Source: Bacilli bacterium (GTDB lineage: Bacteria; Bacillota_I; Bacilli_A; RF39; UBA660). Taken from it: a stretch of DNA of 64,000 bases. A model generated the notes under the pieces. It was not told the origin of the DNA. It searched no databases and saw only the letters and a list, made by a program, of their open reading frames with translations. The stretch lies in contig JAVBQF010000001.1 of NCBI GenBank assembly GCA_031549195.1, forward strand, positions 103,218 to 167,217. The letters run 5' to 3'. This document shows positions 37,906-51,094 of the stretch, one piece after another. Within the stretch, counting starts at the first letter, position 1. Every line of letters starts with the position of its first letter. A program made the position numbers and the translations under genes.

Positions 37906-40900
37906 GTGGCATATAAAAATGTAAAATTTGGGGAACACCGAGTAAGAAGAAGCTTTTCTAGAATTGAAAATAGTTTTGAGCTTAAAGACTTACTTGAGAT
38001 TCAAAAAAAGTCATATCAATGGTTCGCAGAAGAGGGCATTAAAGAAGTATTTGATGACCTATTTCCAGTAGAAAATTTCTCTGGAACTTTATCACTTGAA
38101 TTTGGTGATTATCATTTTGATGAACCTAGATTTTCAATTAAGCAATGTAGGGATAGAGAAACAACATTTGCGGCTCCTTTAAAAGTGGAAGTGAGACTTT
38201 TTAATCATGAAACTGGAGAAGTAAAAGAGCAAGAAATATTCTTGGGTGATATGCCTATAATGACAGATAGTGGTACATTTGTAATAAATGGTGCTGAACG
38301 TGTTATTGTATCACAGTTAGTTAGATCTCCAAGTGTGTATTTTAATAGAGAAATAGACAAGAATGGAAGACCTTCTATAACTTCTCAAATAATACCTACA
38401 AGAGGAACTTGGCTAGAATATGAAACTGATGCTAGGGATGTTTTGTATGTAAGAATTGACAGAACAAGAAAAGTACCGGTTACTACTCTTTTAAGAGCAT
38501 TTGGACTTTCAAGTGATGAAGATATTATTAAGTTATTTGGTAAGGATGAATATATTGAAAACACACTTGCAAAAGATTCAACTAGAAATACAGATGAAGC
38601 GTTAATCGAAATATATGAAAAATTAAGACCAGGAGAACCGTCTACTTTAGATTCTTCAAAAAACCAAATTATAACTAGATTTTTTGATGAGTTTAGATAT
38701 GATTTAGCAAAGGTCGGACGTTATAAATTCAATAGAAAACTTAATGTTACTGACAGATTATTGGGATTAACAATTGCTGAAGATGTTAAGCTTGGAGATG
38801 AAGTTGTTGCAGCTAAGGATACAGTTGTTAATAAGGAAGTTTTAGATAAAATAAAACTTGCTGTTGAAGCTGGATTTAATGCAAAAGAAGTAAAAATTAA
38901 TGAAGAATTAGATACATTTAATAAGATACAAACTATTAAAGTATATAATCCAAGCAATAAAAAAGAAGTATTTACACTTATTGGTAATGATCAAACACTT
39001 GCTGTTAAAAGACTTACCATATCAGATATATATGCTTCGGTTTCATACTACTTAAATTTATTACATGGAATAGGTACTATTGATGAAATAGACCATTTAG
39101 GAAATCGTCGTGTAAGACAAGTAGGTGAATTGTTACAAAATCAATTTAGAATTGGTGTATCAAGAATGGAAAGAGTTATAAGAGAGAGAATGACCACTCA
39201 GGAAATTGAAGAAGTTACTCCTAAAACTCTAATCAATATAAGGCCAATTACGGCTGCAATGAAAGAGTTTTTTGGATCAAGCCAATTATCTCAATTTATG
39301 GATCAAACAAATCCAATTGCAGAGTTAACAAATAAAAGACGTTTATCAGCATTAGGCCCAGGTGGATTATCTCGTGATAGAGCTGGTATGGAAGTTCGTG
39401 ACGTTAATGCTTCTCACTATGGAAGAATTTGTCCAATCGAATCGCCAGAAGGTCAAAATATAGGACTTATTACATCTTTAGCTAGTTATGCTAAGATTGA
39501 TGATTATGGATTTATAATGACTCCATATAGAAAAGTTGTTAACAGTGCGCTTACGGATGATGTTGATTACTTAACAGCTGATCAAGAGAGTGATGTAATA
39601 ATATCACTTGCTACAGTTAAACTTGATGATAATAATAAAATGATAGAGGAGACAGTGCCAGCAAGATTTAGAGGAGAAAATTTATTAGTTAAACCAGAAC
39701 AAGTTGACTATGTAGACGTATCACCTCAACAAGTTGTAGCAATTACAACTAGCTGTATTCCTTTCTTAGAGCATGATGATGCAACGCGTGCATTGATGGG
39801 TGCGAACATGCAACGTCAATCAGTGCCACTATTGAAAGCAGAGGCCCCATTTGTTGGAACCGGTGTTGAATATATTGCTGCAAAAGATTCTGGAGCGGTA
39901 ATAGTTGCAAAAGCGGATGGTATTGTTGATTATGTTGATGCTAGAAAAATAGTTGTTAAAAATAAAAATGGTAAGGATGAATACCATCTATCTAATTTTG
40001 AATTGTCAAATGCAGGAACTTGTCAACATCATAGACCAATTGTACAAGTTGGCGAGGAAGTAAAACGTGGTATGGTACTTGCAGATGGACCATCTACTGA
40101 TCAAGGAGAACTTGCACTTGGTAAAAACGTTGTAGTAGCATTCATGACATTTAATGGATATAACTATGAAGATGCTGTAATACTTAATGAAAGATTAGTT
40201 AAAGATGATGTATATACAGGTATTCACTTAGAAGACTACGAAATGCAATGTAGAGAGACTAAGTTAGGGCCAGAGGAGATTACAAGAGATATTCCTAATG
40301 TATCTGATGAAGCAAGAAAAAATTTAGATGCGAATGGTATTGTTATAGTTGGAACAGAAGTAAAAGAAGGAGATATCTTAGTTGGTAAAGTTACACCAAA
40401 AGGTATGGCCGAACTTACTTCAGAAGAAAAACTATTACATGCAATATTTGGTGAAAAGACAAGGGAAGTAAGAGATACATCACTTCGTGTTCCACATGGT
40501 GGAGATGGTATCGTTCATGACGTTAAAATATTCACTAAGAAAGATAATGATGAGTTACCTGCTGGAGTTAGTAAAGTAATTCGTGTATATATTGCACAAA
40601 AGAGAAAGATTCAAGTTGGAGATAAAATGGCAGGGCGTCATGGTAACAAAGGTGTTATTTCACTTATATTACCAGAAGAAGATATGCCGTACTTACCAGA
40701 TGGTAGAAGCGTAGATATTATGCTTAACCCACAAGGTGTTCCATCTCGTATGAATCTTGGACAAATATTAGAACTTCATTTAGGTATGGCTGCAAAAGAA
40801 CTTAATGTTCATGTAGCAACACCAGTATTTGATGGAGCTAAAACACAGGATATAGAAGAAATGATGGCAGAAGCAGGTATTGCACCAGATGGGAAAACAG

Positions 40901-41529
40901 TTTTATATAATGGTAGAACTGGAGAACCGTTTGATAATAGAATATCAGTTGGTGTAATGTATATGATTAAACTACATCACATGGTAGATGATAAATTACA
41001 TGCAAGAAGTACTGGACCATACTCATTAGTAACTCAACAACCACTTGGAGGAAAAGCTCAATTTGGTGGACAGAGATTTGGAGAGATGGAAGTTTGGGCA
41101 TTATATGCATATGGTGCTGCACATACACTTCAAGAAATCTTAACTGTTAAGTCAGATGATGTAATGGGACGTGTAAAAGTGTATGAAGCAATTGTAAAGG
41201 GACAAGAAATAAATCAAGCTGGTGTTCCAGAGTCCTTCAGAGTATTAATGAAAGAATTCCAAGCACTTGGACTTGATATCAATATAATCAATGATAAACA
41301 AGAAGTTCTTGAACTTAAAACAATTGAAGAAGAAGAGTATAAAGAAGAGTTCAATGGAATAATGAATGATATGGATTTACCTCCAATACCAATGGGTGGC
41401 GAAGAAACAATTGAAGAAGAACCGTTTATAGAGGACGAAGAAGAAGAATTAGATGATGAAGACATAGACGCTGAATTTAGTAAAAGTATCTATGAAAAGA
41501 ATGAATTTATGGAAGGTGTGGATGACTAA
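37906..41529 (+). CDS. rpoB: DNA-directed RNA polymerase subunit beta
   Basis: SD AGGGGTGA, GTG 37906. [23 protein letters not shown] and others. Acidic C-terminal tail. Confidence 0.98.
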   Translation: MAYKNVKFGEHRVRRSFSRIENSFELKDLLEIQKKSYQWFAEEGIKEVFDDLFPVENFSGTLSLEFGDYHFDEPRFSIKQCRDRETTFAAPLKVEVRLFNHETGEVKEQEIFLGDMPIMTDSGTFVINGAERVIVSQLVRSPSVYFNREIDKNGRPSITSQIIPTRGTWLEYETDARDVLYVRIDRTRKVPVTTLLRAFGLSSDEDIIKLFGKDEYIENTLAKDSTRNTDEALIEIYEKLRPGEPSTLDSSKNQIITRFFDEFRYDLAKVGRYKFNRKLNVTDRLLGLTIAEDVKLGDEVVAAKDTVVNKEVLDKIKLAVEAGFNAKEVKINEELDTFNKIQTIKVYNPSNKKEVFTLIGNDQTLAVKRLTISDIYASVSYYLNLLHGIGTIDEIDHLGNRRVRQVGELLQNQFRIGVSRMERVIRERMTTQEIEEVTPKTLINIRPITAAMKEFFGSSQLSQFMDQTNPIAELTNKRRLSALGPGGLSRDRAGMEVRDVNASHYGRICPIESPEGQNIGLITSLASYAKIDDYGFIMTPYRKVVNSALTDDVDYLTADQESDVIISLATVKLDDNNKMIEETVPARFRGENLLVKPEQVDYVDVSPQQVVAITTSCIPFLEHDDATRALMGANMQRQSVPLLKAEAPFVGTGVEYIAAKDSGAVIVAKADGIVDYVDARKIVVKNKNGKDEYHLSNFELSNAGTCQHHRPIVQVGEEVKRGMVLADGPSTDQGELALGKNVVVAFMTFNGYNYEDAVILNERLVKDDVYTGIHLEDYEMQCRETKLGPEEITRDIPNVSDEARKNLDANGIVIVGTEVKEGDILVGKVTPKGMAELTSEEKLLHAIFGEKTREVRDTSLRVPHGGDGIVHDVKIFTKKDNDELPAGVSKVIRVYIAQKRKIQVGDKMAGRHGNKGVISLILPEEDMPYLPDGRSVDIMLNPQGVPSRMNLGQILELHLGMAAKELNVHVATPVFDGAKTQDIEEMMAEAGIAPDGKTVLYNGRTGEPFDNRISVGVMYMIKLHHMVDDKLHARSTGPYSLVTQQPLGGKAQFGGQRFGEMEVWALYAYGAAHTLQEILTVKSDDVMGRVKVYEAIVKGQEINQAGVPESFRVLMKEFQALGLDINIINDKQEVLELKTIEEEEYKEEFNGIMNDMDLPPIPMGGEETIEEEPFIEDEEEELDDEDIDAEFSKSIYEKNEFMEGVDD

Positions 41530-44500
41530 TGATAGAAGTAAATAAATTTGAAGCTCTAAAAATTGGTATAGCATCTCCTGATAAAATTCGTGAATGGTCA
41601 TATGGAGAAGTAAAAAAACCAGAAACTATTAACTATCGTACTTTAAGACCAGAAAGAGATGGACTATTCTGCGAAAAAATATTTGGGCCTTCTAAAGACT
41701 TCGAATGTGCTTGTGGAAAATATAAAAGAGTAAGATATAAAAATATTGTTTGTGATAGATGCGGAGTAGAGGTTACAAAGTCTAAAGTACGTCGTGAACG
41801 TATGGGACATATTGAACTTGCTTCTCCAGTTTCACACATTTGGTTCTTTAAAGGTGTACCATCAAGAATTGGTTTAGTACTTGATATGTCACCAAGAGAT
41901 CTTGAAGAAGTATTATACTTTGTAAGTTATGTTGTAATTGACAAAGGCGTTGCTCCTCTTGAAAACAAACAAACATTATCAGAAAAAGAATATAGACAAT
42001 ACTATGAAAAATATGGTGATGGATTTAAAGTTGGAATGGGTGCTGAGGCAATTAAGGAGCTACTTAAGAAAGTTGATCTTGAAAAGGAACTTAATGAAGT
42101 TACAAAAGCTCTTGAGGATGCTCAAGGACAAAAGAGAACTAGATTATTAAAAAGAATCGATGTTTTAAACTCATTCCACAAATCTGGTAATCGTCCTGAA
42201 TGGATGATTCTTGATGCAATTCCTGTTATACCGCCGGAACTAAGACCTATGATTCAACTTGATGGTGGAAGATTTGCAACGAGTGATTTAAATGATTTAT
42301 ATAGACGTGTTATTAACCGTAATAATCGCTTAAAGAAACTTATTGATTTAAATGCTCCAGGAATTATTATTCAAAATGAAAAACGTATGTTACAAGAAGC
42401 TGTTGATGCATTATTTGATAATGGTAGACGTGGTAGAAGTGTAACAGGAGCGGGGAATAGACCACTTAAGTCAATATCAAGCATGCTTAAGGGAAAACAA
42501 GGTCGTTTCCGTCAAAACTTACTTGGAAAACGTGTTGACTATTCAGGTCGTTCAGTTATCGTAGTTGGACCAAGTCTTAAAATGTATCAATGTGGTATTC
42601 CAAAAGAAATGGCACTTGAATTATTCAAGCCACATGTTATAAACCAATTAGTAGAAAGAGATATTGCACACAATATTAAAGCTGCTAAGAGATTAATAGA
42701 AAATGCTGATCCAATTGTATGGGATATAGTTGAAGATGTTATTAAAGAACATCCAGTATTATTAAACCGTGCACCTACTCTACATAGATTAGGTATTCAA
42801 GCATTTGAACCAGTGTTAATTGGTGGTAAAGCAATAAGACTTCATCCACTAGTTACAGTAGCGTTCAATGCTGACTTTGACGGTGACCAAATGGCGGTTC
42901 ACGTACCGTTATCAGAAGAAGCTCAAGCAGAAGCTAGACTTCTAATGTTAGGTGCTAATAACATACTTAATCCTAAAGATGGAACACCAATCGTTACACC
43001 TTCACAAGACATGGTATTAGGTAACTATTATCTAACTATGGAAAAAGCAAGTTTACCTGGTGAAGGAAGAGTATTTAAGAACTCTAATGAAGCATTAATG
43101 GCTTACGAAAGAAGAGAAGTAACTCTTCATACAAGAGTAGCGATTCCAGTAAATTCATTTAAACATAAATTATTTACTGAGAATCAAAAAAATAAATACT
43201 TAGTAACAACAATAGGTAAATTAATATTTAATGAAATATTACCAGACTCATTTGCTTATATAAATGAACCAACAACTGATAATATTCAAAATATAACACC
43301 AAATAAATACTTTATTGAACCTGGACAAAATATTCCAGAAGTAATTAAGGAAATGCCTTTAGTAAAAGCGTTCCCTAAAGGTACTTTAGAAAAAGTTATT
43401 GCTCAGATATTCAAACGTTATAAAACTACAGAAACATCTATAATGCTTGATAAACTTAAAGATTTAGGATTTAAATATTCTACAATCGCAGGTATAACTG
43501 TATCAATTAGTGATGTAGTTACAAGTGAAAGTAAAGAAGAGATAATTGCTGAAGCAAATGCTACAGTTATAAATATCAATAAACAATATAATAGAGGTTT
43601 AATAACTGACGAGGAAAGATTTAATAAAGTAATAACAACTTGGGATCAAGCTAAAAGCAAAGTTCAAGCAGAACTACAAGTTAAAGCTGATCAAGATTTA
43701 GATAACCCAATATTCATGATGATGCATTCTAAAGCGCGTGGTAGTATTTCTAACTTCACACAGATTGCTGGTATGCGTGGTATAATGGCTAAACCAAATG
43801 GTGAACCAGTTGAAATACCAATTTTATCATCGTTTAGAGAAGGTTTATCAGTTGCAGAGTTCTTCTTATCAACACATGGAGCTAGAAAAGGAAGTGCCGA
43901 TACAGCGCTTAAGACTGCTGACTCTGGATATCTAACAAGACGTCTAGTTGATGTAAGTCAGGATATTATAGTCAAGGAAGATGACTGTGGAACAGAAAAT
44001 GGGGTTTCAGTTAAATCGTTTATTAATGATAAAACTGGAGAAGTAATTGAAAAGCTATATGATAGAATAGTTGGAAGATATGCAAACAAGAAAGTTATTC
44101 ACCCTGAAACTAAAGCTGTCATTTGTGAAAAATTAGATTTAATTACTGAATCTATTGCAGAAAAGATTATTGCTGCAGGAATAGAAGAAGTTGAAATAAG
44201 AACAGCACTTACTTGTAATACAAATAAGGGAGTTTGTCAAAAGTGTTATGGTAGAAACTTAGCAACAGGAAATCTTGTTGAAGTTGGAGAAGCTGTTGGA
44301 ATTATGGCAGCTCAGTCAATAGGAGAACCTGGTACACAGTTAACAATGAGAACTTTCCATACTGGTGGAGTTGCAAGTGGAGAAGATATTACACAAGGAC
44401 TTCCTCGTATTCAAGAATTATTTGAAGCAAGAATTCCAAAAGGAAAAGCTACTATTGCTGAAATTGATGGTAAAGTTACTAAGATTGACGAAGATCATGG

Positions 44501-45161
44501 TAAATTTAAAATTTCAGTTACAAATGAGCTTGAGACTAAAGAACATGTTTCAAATTATGGTGCTAAGGTAAGAGTGGAATTAAATTCTAAGGTTAATGCG
44601 GGTGATAAATTAACAGAAGGTGCAATTAGCCCTAAAGAACTATTAACAGTCACAGATCCGTTAACAGCACAAGAGTATATTCTTAAAGAAGTACAACATG
44701 TTTACCGTGGTCAAGGTGTTGATATATCTGATAAGCACGTTGAAATTATTGCAAGACGTATGATTTCTAAGATTAGAATTGTTGAGTCTGGTGATACAAC
44801 GTTCTTACCTGGAAGTTTAGTTAATTTTAGAGAATTTACAGATGCTAATAAAGAAGTAATTATTAAAGGTAAAAAGCCTGCATCTGGTAAACCAATATTA
44901 CTTGGTATTACTAAAGCATCACTTGAGACTGATTCATTCTTATCAGCTGCATCATTCCAAGAAACAACTAGAATATTAACTGATGCCGCAATTAAAGGTA
45001 AAGTTGATACATTACAAGGATTAAAAGAAAACGTTATCATTGGTAAATTAATACCAGCTGGTACAGGTGTTAGATCGTATAGAAATGTCGAATATGATTT
45101 AGCAGCACAATTTATTGATGAGGAACCACTAGATAAACTAGAGGATGAATTAATGGAATAG
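41529..45161 (+). CDS. rpoC: DNA-directed RNA polymerase subunit beta'
   Basis: ATG shares its A with the rpoB TAA stop. Zinc motif Cx[12 protein letters not shown] and catalytic [12 protein letters not shown]. Confidence 0.98.
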   Translation: MIEVNKFEALKIGIASPDKIREWSYGEVKKPETINYRTLRPERDGLFCEKIFGPSKDFECACGKYKRVRYKNIVCDRCGVEVTKSKVRRERMGHIELASPVSHIWFFKGVPSRIGLVLDMSPRDLEEVLYFVSYVVIDKGVAPLENKQTLSEKEYRQYYEKYGDGFKVGMGAEAIKELLKKVDLEKELNEVTKALEDAQGQKRTRLLKRIDVLNSFHKSGNRPEWMILDAIPVIPPELRPMIQLDGGRFATSDLNDLYRRVINRNNRLKKLIDLNAPGIIIQNEKRMLQEAVDALFDNGRRGRSVTGAGNRPLKSISSMLKGKQGRFRQNLLGKRVDYSGRSVIVVGPSLKMYQCGIPKEMALELFKPHVINQLVERDIAHNIKAAKRLIENADPIVWDIVEDVIKEHPVLLNRAPTLHRLGIQAFEPVLIGGKAIRLHPLVTVAFNADFDGDQMAVHVPLSEEAQAEARLLMLGANNILNPKDGTPIVTPSQDMVLGNYYLTMEKASLPGEGRVFKNSNEALMAYERREVTLHTRVAIPVNSFKHKLFTENQKNKYLVTTIGKLIFNEILPDSFAYINEPTTDNIQNITPNKYFIEPGQNIPEVIKEMPLVKAFPKGTLEKVIAQIFKRYKTTETSIMLDKLKDLGFKYSTIAGITVSISDVVTSESKEEIIAEANATVININKQYNRGLITDEERFNKVITTWDQAKSKVQAELQVKADQDLDNPIFMMMHSKARGSISNFTQIAGMRGIMAKPNGEPVEIPILSSFREGLSVAEFFLSTHGARKGSADTALKTADSGYLTRRLVDVSQDIIVKEDDCGTENGVSVKSFINDKTGEVIEKLYDRIVGRYANKKVIHPETKAVICEKLDLITESIAEKIIAAGIEEVEIRTALTCNTNKGVCQKCYGRNLATGNLVEVGEAVGIMAAQSIGEPGTQLTMRTFHTGGVASGEDITQGLPRIQELFEARIPKGKATIAEIDGKVTKIDEDHGKFKISVTNELETKEHVSNYGAKVRVELNSKVNAGDKLTEGAISPKELLTVTDPLTAQEYILKEVQHVYRGQGVDISDKHVEIIARRMISKIRIVESGDTTFLPGSLVNFREFTDANKEVIIKGKKPASGKPILLGITKASLETDSFLSAASFQETTRILTDAAIKGKVDTLQGLKENVIIGKLIPAGTGVRSYRNVEYDLAAQFIDEEPLDKLEDELME

Positions 45162-45180
45162 AGCTTGCTCTATTCTTTTT
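45157..45180 (+). terminator. Rho-independent terminator after rpoC
   Basis: AATAGAG-CTTG-CTCTATT followed by CTTTTT. Overlaps the stop codon. Confidence 0.65.
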
Positions 45181-45265
45181 AGTGTTACTAAATTTGTAAT
45201 ATTATTATATTGATATTTTTGGCCTATGATGATAATGTTATATATGTAGAGTAGGTGAGTAGTAT

Positions 45266-46000
45266 ATGAATGAAAACACTTTTAATAAACTAGGAGTGCA
45301 AAAGGATAGCAAAAAAGTAATAATAATTATGATGTTTTTGCTAGGAATACTTTTAATATGTTTTGGAGGATATCTTACTTATAATAATTTTATTGAAAAA
45401 AAAGAAAACAAAGAAAAAAGTAATAATGAAAACGAAGCCAATGATAAAAATCAAGAGTCGTTAATTAATTTAAATGAAGATGAGAGTCAAAGAATATTTG
45501 GTATTTTTAATAAAATAATTATTTGGAATTGGGGTAATGATAATAATAAGGTATTTACTTATTTTGCAACTGATTTAAGTAGAGCTACTGCAGTGTTCTA
45601 TAATAATAATTCTATTACTAGAAATATAATAGAGTCTGGTTATAATGGGATGATTATTTGTTATAAATTTGATGAGTTAAATGATTTGTCCATTAAAGTA
45701 TTTGGCCAAGGGGTGGATTTAAATATCATCAAAGACGACTTTTATTCTACAGGATGCCAAGATGGATACATTGGTCATGGTGGAGGAAAGAGTAGTGTCC
45801 CTATGAAAATTAAAGAATTAAGGTATAATGAGAGCACTAAGTTCTACACGTTAGAAATTGTTGAAGATACTAGTGAAAGCTTGCCAGATGAATATAAAGA
45901 TATACTTTATAAGTTTCAATATAAATTTGCTGATGGAGTTGATTTGTCAAACATTACATTTGAAGGTTTACGAAGTCTATCTGGGAAAAAAATTAAATAA
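45266..46000 (+). CDS. Hypothetical N-terminally membrane-anchored protein (244 aa)
   Basis: SD GTAGGTGAG. Single TM (VIIIMMFLLGILLICFGGYL), Asn/Glu/Lys-rich linker, and an extracytoplasmic domain with no recognised motif. Confidence 0.55.
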   Translation: MNENTFNKLGVQKDSKKVIIIMMFLLGILLICFGGYLTYNNFIEKKENKEKSNNENEANDKNQESLINLNEDESQRIFGIFNKIIIWNWGNDNNKVFTYFATDLSRATAVFYNNNSITRNIIESGYNGMIICYKFDELNDLSIKVFGQGVDLNIIKDDFYSTGCQDGYIGHGGGKSSVPMKIKELRYNESTKFYTLEIVEDTSESLPDEYKDILYKFQYKFADGVDLSNITFEGLRSLSGKKIK

Positions 46001-46187
46001 AGTCTATAATTATAATTAGCATAATGTAAGTTTGATACATTACAAGTGTTGAAAAAATGATATTATTAAGTATCTAATACCACCATATATAAGCACTCAA
46101 TAATATCAAATAACAAGGGCATCATAAAGATGTCTTTTTATTAGACAAAAACCTCCTATTATAATATAATATCATTAGGTGGTAGCA

Positions 46188-46595
46188 ATGATGAAATTAA
46201 ATAATAGAGGTTGGGGACTTGGAATGTTTTTAGCATTTATCTTTATATTTTTCTTAGCAATAATTATGATAATTGTAGTTTCTCGACAATATGAATTTGG
46301 GCTTGTTGAAAATACAAATAATGAAGTTAATCCAAATGAAAAAGTAAAATATGTTAATTACGAAAAATCAGTAAAAGATGCGTCTGCTATTTATGCAGCT
46401 AAAAAATATTCAGATATGTCAGATGGTGAAACTTTTTATGTAAGTATTAATAACTTAAATGTTAGTAGTGCTATAAAAAACAACTGTGATGGGTATTCAA
46501 AAATCACTAAAAGTGAAGGTGTTATTTCGCATAGTGCATATATAAGGTGTGGAAGCTATATAACAAGTGGTTATAATTCTTCTATTGTAGAATAA
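46188..46595 (+). CDS. Hypothetical N-terminally membrane-anchored protein (135 aa)
   Basis: SD AGGTGG 46177-46182, ATG 46188. Single TM (LGMFLAFIFIFFLAIIMIIVV). Small domain with 2 Cys. Confidence 0.55.
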   Translation: MMKLNNRGWGLGMFLAFIFIFFLAIIMIIVVSRQYEFGLVENTNNEVNPNEKVKYVNYEKSVKDASAIYAAKKYSDMSDGETFYVSINNLNVSSAIKNNCDGYSKITKSEGVISHSAYIRCGSYITSGYNSSIVE

Positions 46596-46610
46596 TATAA
46601 TAAAAAGGTA

Positions 46611-46639
46611 TTGACATATAAAATGCCAAGTGATATATT
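46611..46639 (+). promoter_or_regulatory. Sigma-A-type promoter of the rpsL-rpsG-fusA(-tuf) operon
   Basis: TTGACA (46611-46616), 17-nt spacer, TATATT (46634-46639). Confidence 0.6.
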
Positions 46640-46736
46640 ATTAATGCTGATTAATTTAGGTTTTGCGTGGGCAAAACTTATATTTAAGAGTTGAGATGAC
46701 ACACGTGGATATGTGTATAGAAAGGAGACAGTATTT

Positions 46737-47159
46737 ATGCTTACAGTTAACCAATTAGTTAAAAAAGGTAGAAGTAACAAAGTTAGAAAAAGTAAATCGC
46801 CTGTATTAAGAGTGGGATTCAATAGTGTTCTAAAAAAACAAACAAACAATACATCCCCACAAAAGCAAGGTGTTTGTACTCGTGTTGGAACAATGACACC
46901 AAAAAAACCTAACTCAGCACTTCGTAAATACGCTCGTGTTCGTTTAAGCAATGGCTTAGAAGTAACTTGTTATATTCCAGGTATTGGACACAATTTACAA
47001 GAACATAGTGTGGTGTTAATTCGTGGTGGACGTGTTAAGGACTTAATCGGTGTGCGTTACCATATTATTCGTGGAACAGCAGACACTGCAGGAGTTAAAG
47101 ATAGAAAACAAGCTCGTAGTAAATATGGAGCTAAAAGACCAAAAGAAGCTAAAAAATAA
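46737..47159 (+). CDS. rpsL: 30S ribosomal protein S12
   Basis: SD AAGGAGA, ATG 46737. [12 protein letters not shown]..., [10 protein letters not shown]. Confidence 0.97.
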   Translation: MLTVNQLVKKGRSNKVRKSKSPVLRVGFNSVLKKQTNNTSPQKQGVCTRVGTMTPKKPNSALRKYARVRLSNGLEVTCYIPGIGHNLQEHSVVLIRGGRVKDLIGVRYHIIRGTADTAGVKDRKQARSKYGAKRPKEAKK

Positions 47160-47184
47160 AAAATAACGGAAGGAGGATACAATT

Positions 47185-47652
47185 ATGCGTAAAAGACGTG
47201 CGGTAAAAAGAGATGTTTTACCAGATCCAATATATAAATCAAAAATAGTTACAAAATTAGTAAATACAATTATGCTTGATGGTAAAAAAGGTATAGCTCA
47301 AACAATTCTTTACGAAGCATTTGATATTGCAAGTAAGAAAAGTGGAGAAGAACCTTTAGTTTTATTTGAAAAAGCTATGGAAAATATTAAACCTCAACTT
47401 GAAGTTAAATCACGTAGAGTTGGTGGGTCAAACTATCAAGTACCTATAGAAGTTTCTGCTGCAAGAAGTCAAGCATTAGGACTTCGTTGGCTTGTTAAAT
47501 ATGCAAGACTAAGAGGCGGAAGAGGAATGGCTGAAAATTTAGCTAATGAATTAGTTGACGCAGCAAATGGAACAGGTGCTGCTGTTAAGAAACGTGAAGA
47601 TACACATAGAATGGCAGAGGCTAACAAAGCATTTGCACATTATCGTTGGTAG
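47185..47652 (+). CDS. rpsG: 30S ribosomal protein S7
   Basis: SD GGAAGGAGGA. Typical S7 sequence. Confidence 0.97.
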   Translation: MRKRRAVKRDVLPDPIYKSKIVTKLVNTIMLDGKKGIAQTILYEAFDIASKKSGEEPLVLFEKAMENIKPQLEVKSRRVGGSNYQVPIEVSAARSQALGLRWLVKYARLRGGRGMAENLANELVDAANGTGAAVKKREDTHRMAEANKAFAHYRW

Positions 47653-47664
47653 GAGGGAGTAGTT

Positions 47665-49734
47665 ATGGCAAGAGAAACATCGTTATTACATACAAGAAAC
47701 TTTGGGATAATGGCACATATCGATGCAGGTAAAACAACATGCTCAGAACGTATACTATTCCATACTAAGAAAATTCATAAAATTGGTGAAACACATGATG
47801 GTGCTTCACAAATGGACTGGATGGCTCAAGAGCAAGAACGTGGTATAACAATCACTTCTGCTGCAACTACAGCTTATTGGAATGGGTATAGATTAAATAT
47901 AATCGATACTCCAGGACACGTAGACTTTACTGTTGAAGTTAGTCGTAGTTTAAGAGTATTAGATGGTGCAATAGCACTTCTTGATACTCAAGCTGGTGTT
48001 GAACCTCAAACAGAAACAGTTTGGAGACAAGCAACAGAATTTGATGTTCCAAGAATTATTTTCTCAAATAAGATGGATAAAATGGGAGCAGATTTTAATT
48101 ATTGTTTAGGTACAATTAAATCTAGACTTGGAGTTAATGCTAAACCTATTGAATGGCCAATCGGTGCAGAGGATAACTTCCATGGTGTAATTGATTTGGT
48201 TACTATGAAGGCTTATGAGTTTGATGGTGGTGCTGAAGAAGAGTATAAGGAAATAGAAATTCCAGCTGATCTTAAGGCTATTGCTGAAGAGAAAAGAGCT
48301 GATTTACTTGAAGCAGTTGCTGAATATGATGATGAGATGATGGAGCTTTATCTTGATGGTAAAGAAGTACCAGTTGAGTTAATTAAAAGAGCAATTAGAA
48401 AAGGTGTTCTATCAGTTAAATTTTTCCCAGTAATGTGTGGAACAGCACTTGGAAATAAAGGTGTTAAGTTATTACTTGACGCAGTTATTGATTACTTACC
48501 AAGTCCGCTTGATGTTGAGGCAATTAAATGTACAGATATCAATGGTGATGAAACAGTAAGACATCCAAGTGATGATGAGCCTTTTAGTGCATTAGCATTT
48601 AAGGTTATGACTGATCCATTTGTTGGAAGATTAACATTCTTTAGAGTTTATTCAGGACACTTAAGTAGTGGTTCATATGTTATGAACTCTACAAAAGATA
48701 CAAAAGAAAGAATAGGAAGAATACTTCTAATGCATGCTAACAATAGATCTGAAATTACAGATGTATATACAGGAGATATAGCAGCAGCAGTAGGGCTTAA
48801 AAATACAACAACAGGAGATACTCTATGTGATGAAAAGAAACAAGTTATTCTTGAATCAATGGAATTTCCTGAACCAGTTATTCAATTAGCTGTTGAACCA
48901 AAATCAAAAGCTGATCAAGAAAAAATGGGTGTTGCATTACAAAAACTTGCTGAAGAAGATCCGACATTTAAGGTTCATACTGATCCTGAAACTGGTCAAA
49001 CAGTTATTGCTGGTATGGGAGAACTTCACTTAGATGTTCTAGTTGATAGAATGAAAAGAGAATTTTCTGTTGAAGCTAATGTTGGTAAGCCACAAGTTGC
49101 ATACCGTGAAACAATCAAAGGTACTGCAGAGTGTGAAGGTAAGTATATTAAACAATCTGGTGGTCGTGGACAATATGGGCACGTATGGATCAAATTTGAA
49201 CCAAATCCAGATAAAGGATATGAATTTGTTGACGCTATCGTTGGTGGAGTTGTTCCAAGAGAATACATTCCAGTTACTGATAAAGGATTACAAGAGGCTC
49301 TTGCTTCGGGTGTTCTTGCAGGATATCCAATGATAGATGTTAAAGCAACATTATTTGATGGATCATACCATGATGTTGACTCAAGTGAAATGGCATATAA
49401 GATTGCAGCTAGTATGGCTTTAAAAGAAGCAAAAAATAAATGTAATCCAGTGCTACTTGAACCAATAATGAAAGTTAATGTTACGGTCCCAGACGAATAC
49501 TTCGGTAACGTTATGGGAGACTTAACTGCAAGACGTGGACGTCCACTTGGTCAAGAATCAATGGGAAATGCTATTAGATTAACAGCAATGGTTCCACTAT
49601 CAGAAATGTTTGGTTATGCTACTAACTTAAGAAGTAATAGCCAAGGAAGAGGTACATTTATAATGGAATTCGACCACTATGAAGAAGTACCAAGAAATAT
49701 CGCTGAAGAAATAATTAAGAAGAGCGGTAATTAA
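47665..49734 (+). CDS. fusA: Elongation factor G
   Basis: [21 protein letters not shown]. Confidence 0.98.
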   Translation: MARETSLLHTRNFGIMAHIDAGKTTCSERILFHTKKIHKIGETHDGASQMDWMAQEQERGITITSAATTAYWNGYRLNIIDTPGHVDFTVEVSRSLRVLDGAIALLDTQAGVEPQTETVWRQATEFDVPRIIFSNKMDKMGADFNYCLGTIKSRLGVNAKPIEWPIGAEDNFHGVIDLVTMKAYEFDGGAEEEYKEIEIPADLKAIAEEKRADLLEAVAEYDDEMMELYLDGKEVPVELIKRAIRKGVLSVKFFPVMCGTALGNKGVKLLLDAVIDYLPSPLDVEAIKCTDINGDETVRHPSDDEPFSALAFKVMTDPFVGRLTFFRVYSGHLSSGSYVMNSTKDTKERIGRILLMHANNRSEITDVYTGDIAAAVGLKNTTTGDTLCDEKKQVILESMEFPEPVIQLAVEPKSKADQEKMGVALQKLAEEDPTFKVHTDPETGQTVIAGMGELHLDVLVDRMKREFSVEANVGKPQVAYRETIKGTAECEGKYIKQSGGRGQYGHVWIKFEPNPDKGYEFVDAIVGGVVPREYIPVTDKGLQEALASGVLAGYPMIDVKATLFDGSYHDVDSSEMAYKIAASMALKEAKNKCNPVLLEPIMKVNVTVPDEYFGNVMGDLTARRGRPLGQESMGNAIRLTAMVPLSEMFGYATNLRSNSQGRGTFIMEFDHYEEVPRNIAEEIIKKSGN

Positions 49735-49778
49735 TAGTTTAATACTAAGTAATTAAATCACTTAGTTATTAAAAATAG

Positions 49779-49807
49779 TTGATAAATTATCAATTATTAG
49801 ATAAAAT
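49779..49807 (+). promoter_or_regulatory. Putative internal promoter for tuf
   Basis: TTGATA (49779-49784), 17-nt spacer, TAAAAT (49802-49807). The -35 lies in the palindrome TTGATA-AAT-TATCAA. Confidence 0.45.
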
Positions 49808-49841
49808 ATAGTAGTAATATATAAAAGGAGGAAATTATAAA

Positions 49842-51026
49842 ATGGCAAAAGCAAAATTCGACCGTTCAAAACCACATGTAAATATTGGTACAATTGGTCA
49901 CGTTGACCACGGTAAAACTACATTAACTGCAGCAATTACTTCTTGTTTAGCAAAAAAAGGATTAGCTGAATTCCAAGATTATGCAAATATTGACAAAGCT
50001 CCAGAAGAAAGAGAACGTGGTATTACAATTAATACATCACACGTTGAATATCAAACAGCTACTCGTCACTATGCGCACGTTGACTGTCCAGGGCATGCTG
50101 ACTATGTTAAAAACATGATTACAGGTGCGGCTCAAATGGATGGAGCAATACTTGTTATTGCTGCTACAGATGGACCTATGGCACAAACTCGTGAACATAT
50201 CCTTCTATCTCGCCAAGTTGGTGTACCTAAGATGGTAGTATTCATGAACAAATGTGACATGGTAGATGACGCAGAACTACTTGATTTAGTAGAAATGGAA
50301 ATTCGTGAACTATTAAGTGAATATGGGTTTGATGGAGATAACACTCCAATCATTCGTGGATCAGCTTTAAAAGCTCTTGAAGGAAATCAAGAATACATGG
50401 ATAAGGTCTATGAACTTATGGATGCAGTTGATACATGGATTCCAACACCAGAACGTGATAATACAAAACCATTCTTAATGAGTATTGAAGATGTATTCAC
50501 AATTACTGGACGTGGAACAGTTGTTACTGGACGTGTAGAAAGAGGACAATTAAAACTTAACGATACAGTTGAAATCGTTGGTATTAGGGATACTAAGTCT
50601 ACAGTTGTAACTGGAATTGAAATGTTTAGAAAACAACTTGATTACGCTGAAGCAGGAGATAACGCTGGAGTATTATTACGTGGTGTTTCTCGTGAAGAAG
50701 TTGAAAGAGGTCAAGTACTTGCTAAACCTGGATCAGTTACTCCACATGCTAAATTCAAAGCACAAGTTTATGTTTTATCTAAAGAAGAAGGAGGACGTCA
50801 TACACCATTCTTTGCAAACTATCGTCCACAATTCTACTTCAGAACTACAGATGTTACTGGTGTTATTGAATTACCAGCTGGTGTAGAAATGGTTATGCCT
50901 GGTGATGATATCGCTATTACAGTTGAATTGATTCACCCAATCGCTATTGAACAAGGTACTAAATTCTCTATCCGTGAAGGTGGAAGAACTGTTGGTGCTG
51001 GTGTAGTTAGCGAAATCGTTAAATAA
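49842..51026 (+). CDS. tuf: Elongation factor Tu
   Basis: [21 protein letters not shown]. Confidence 0.98.
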   Translation: MAKAKFDRSKPHVNIGTIGHVDHGKTTLTAAITSCLAKKGLAEFQDYANIDKAPEERERGITINTSHVEYQTATRHYAHVDCPGHADYVKNMITGAAQMDGAILVIAATDGPMAQTREHILLSRQVGVPKMVVFMNKCDMVDDAELLDLVEMEIRELLSEYGFDGDNTPIIRGSALKALEGNQEYMDKVYELMDAVDTWIPTPERDNTKPFLMSIEDVFTITGRGTVVTGRVERGQLKLNDTVEIVGIRDTKSTVVTGIEMFRKQLDYAEAGDNAGVLLRGVSREEVERGQVLAKPGSVTPHAKFKAQVYVLSKEEGGRHTPFFANYRPQFYFRTTDVTGVIELPAGVEMVMPGDDIAITVELIHPIAIEQGTKFSIREGGRTVGAGVVSEIVK

Positions 51027-51032
51027 TAAAAT

Positions 51033-51063
51033 AGGATTTTACTTAATGTAAAATCTTTTTTTG
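51033..51063 (+). terminator. Rho-independent terminator after tuf
   Basis: GATTTTAC-TTAAT-GTAAAATC (51035-51055) followed by a T-run. Confidence 0.8.
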
Positions 51064-51070
51064 TGCAATA

Positions 51071-51094
51071 ATAAAAAGAGGATAGTGTCCTCTT
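51071..51094 (-). terminator. Rho-independent terminator of the minus-strand femAB-family gene
   Basis: AAGAGGA-TAGTG-TCCTCTT (51076-51094). The A-run 51073-51077 gives the T-tail on the minus strand. Confidence 0.7.

Noticed and set aside
41938-42150. Alternative plus-strand frames inside rpoC, fusA, tuf, eno and the transporter (41938-42150, 44365-44571, 49070-49333, 50617-50886, 54868-55056, 8516-8719)
   Set aside because: These are out-of-frame ORFs within highly conserved genes. Their products are Lys/Leu-rich nonsense sequences. There is no evidence for overlapping genes.
46188-46595. 135-aa protein considered as a type IV pilin or pseudopilin (basic N-terminus followed by a hydrophobic helix)
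   Set aside because: It lacks the G/F-T-L-x-E prepilin cleavage and methylation motif, and no pilus assembly genes are nearby.
46571-46951. 126-aa minus-strand ORF overlapping the rpsL start region
   Set aside because: It overlaps the S12 gene and its promoter and leader. It has no SD and no recognisable motif.
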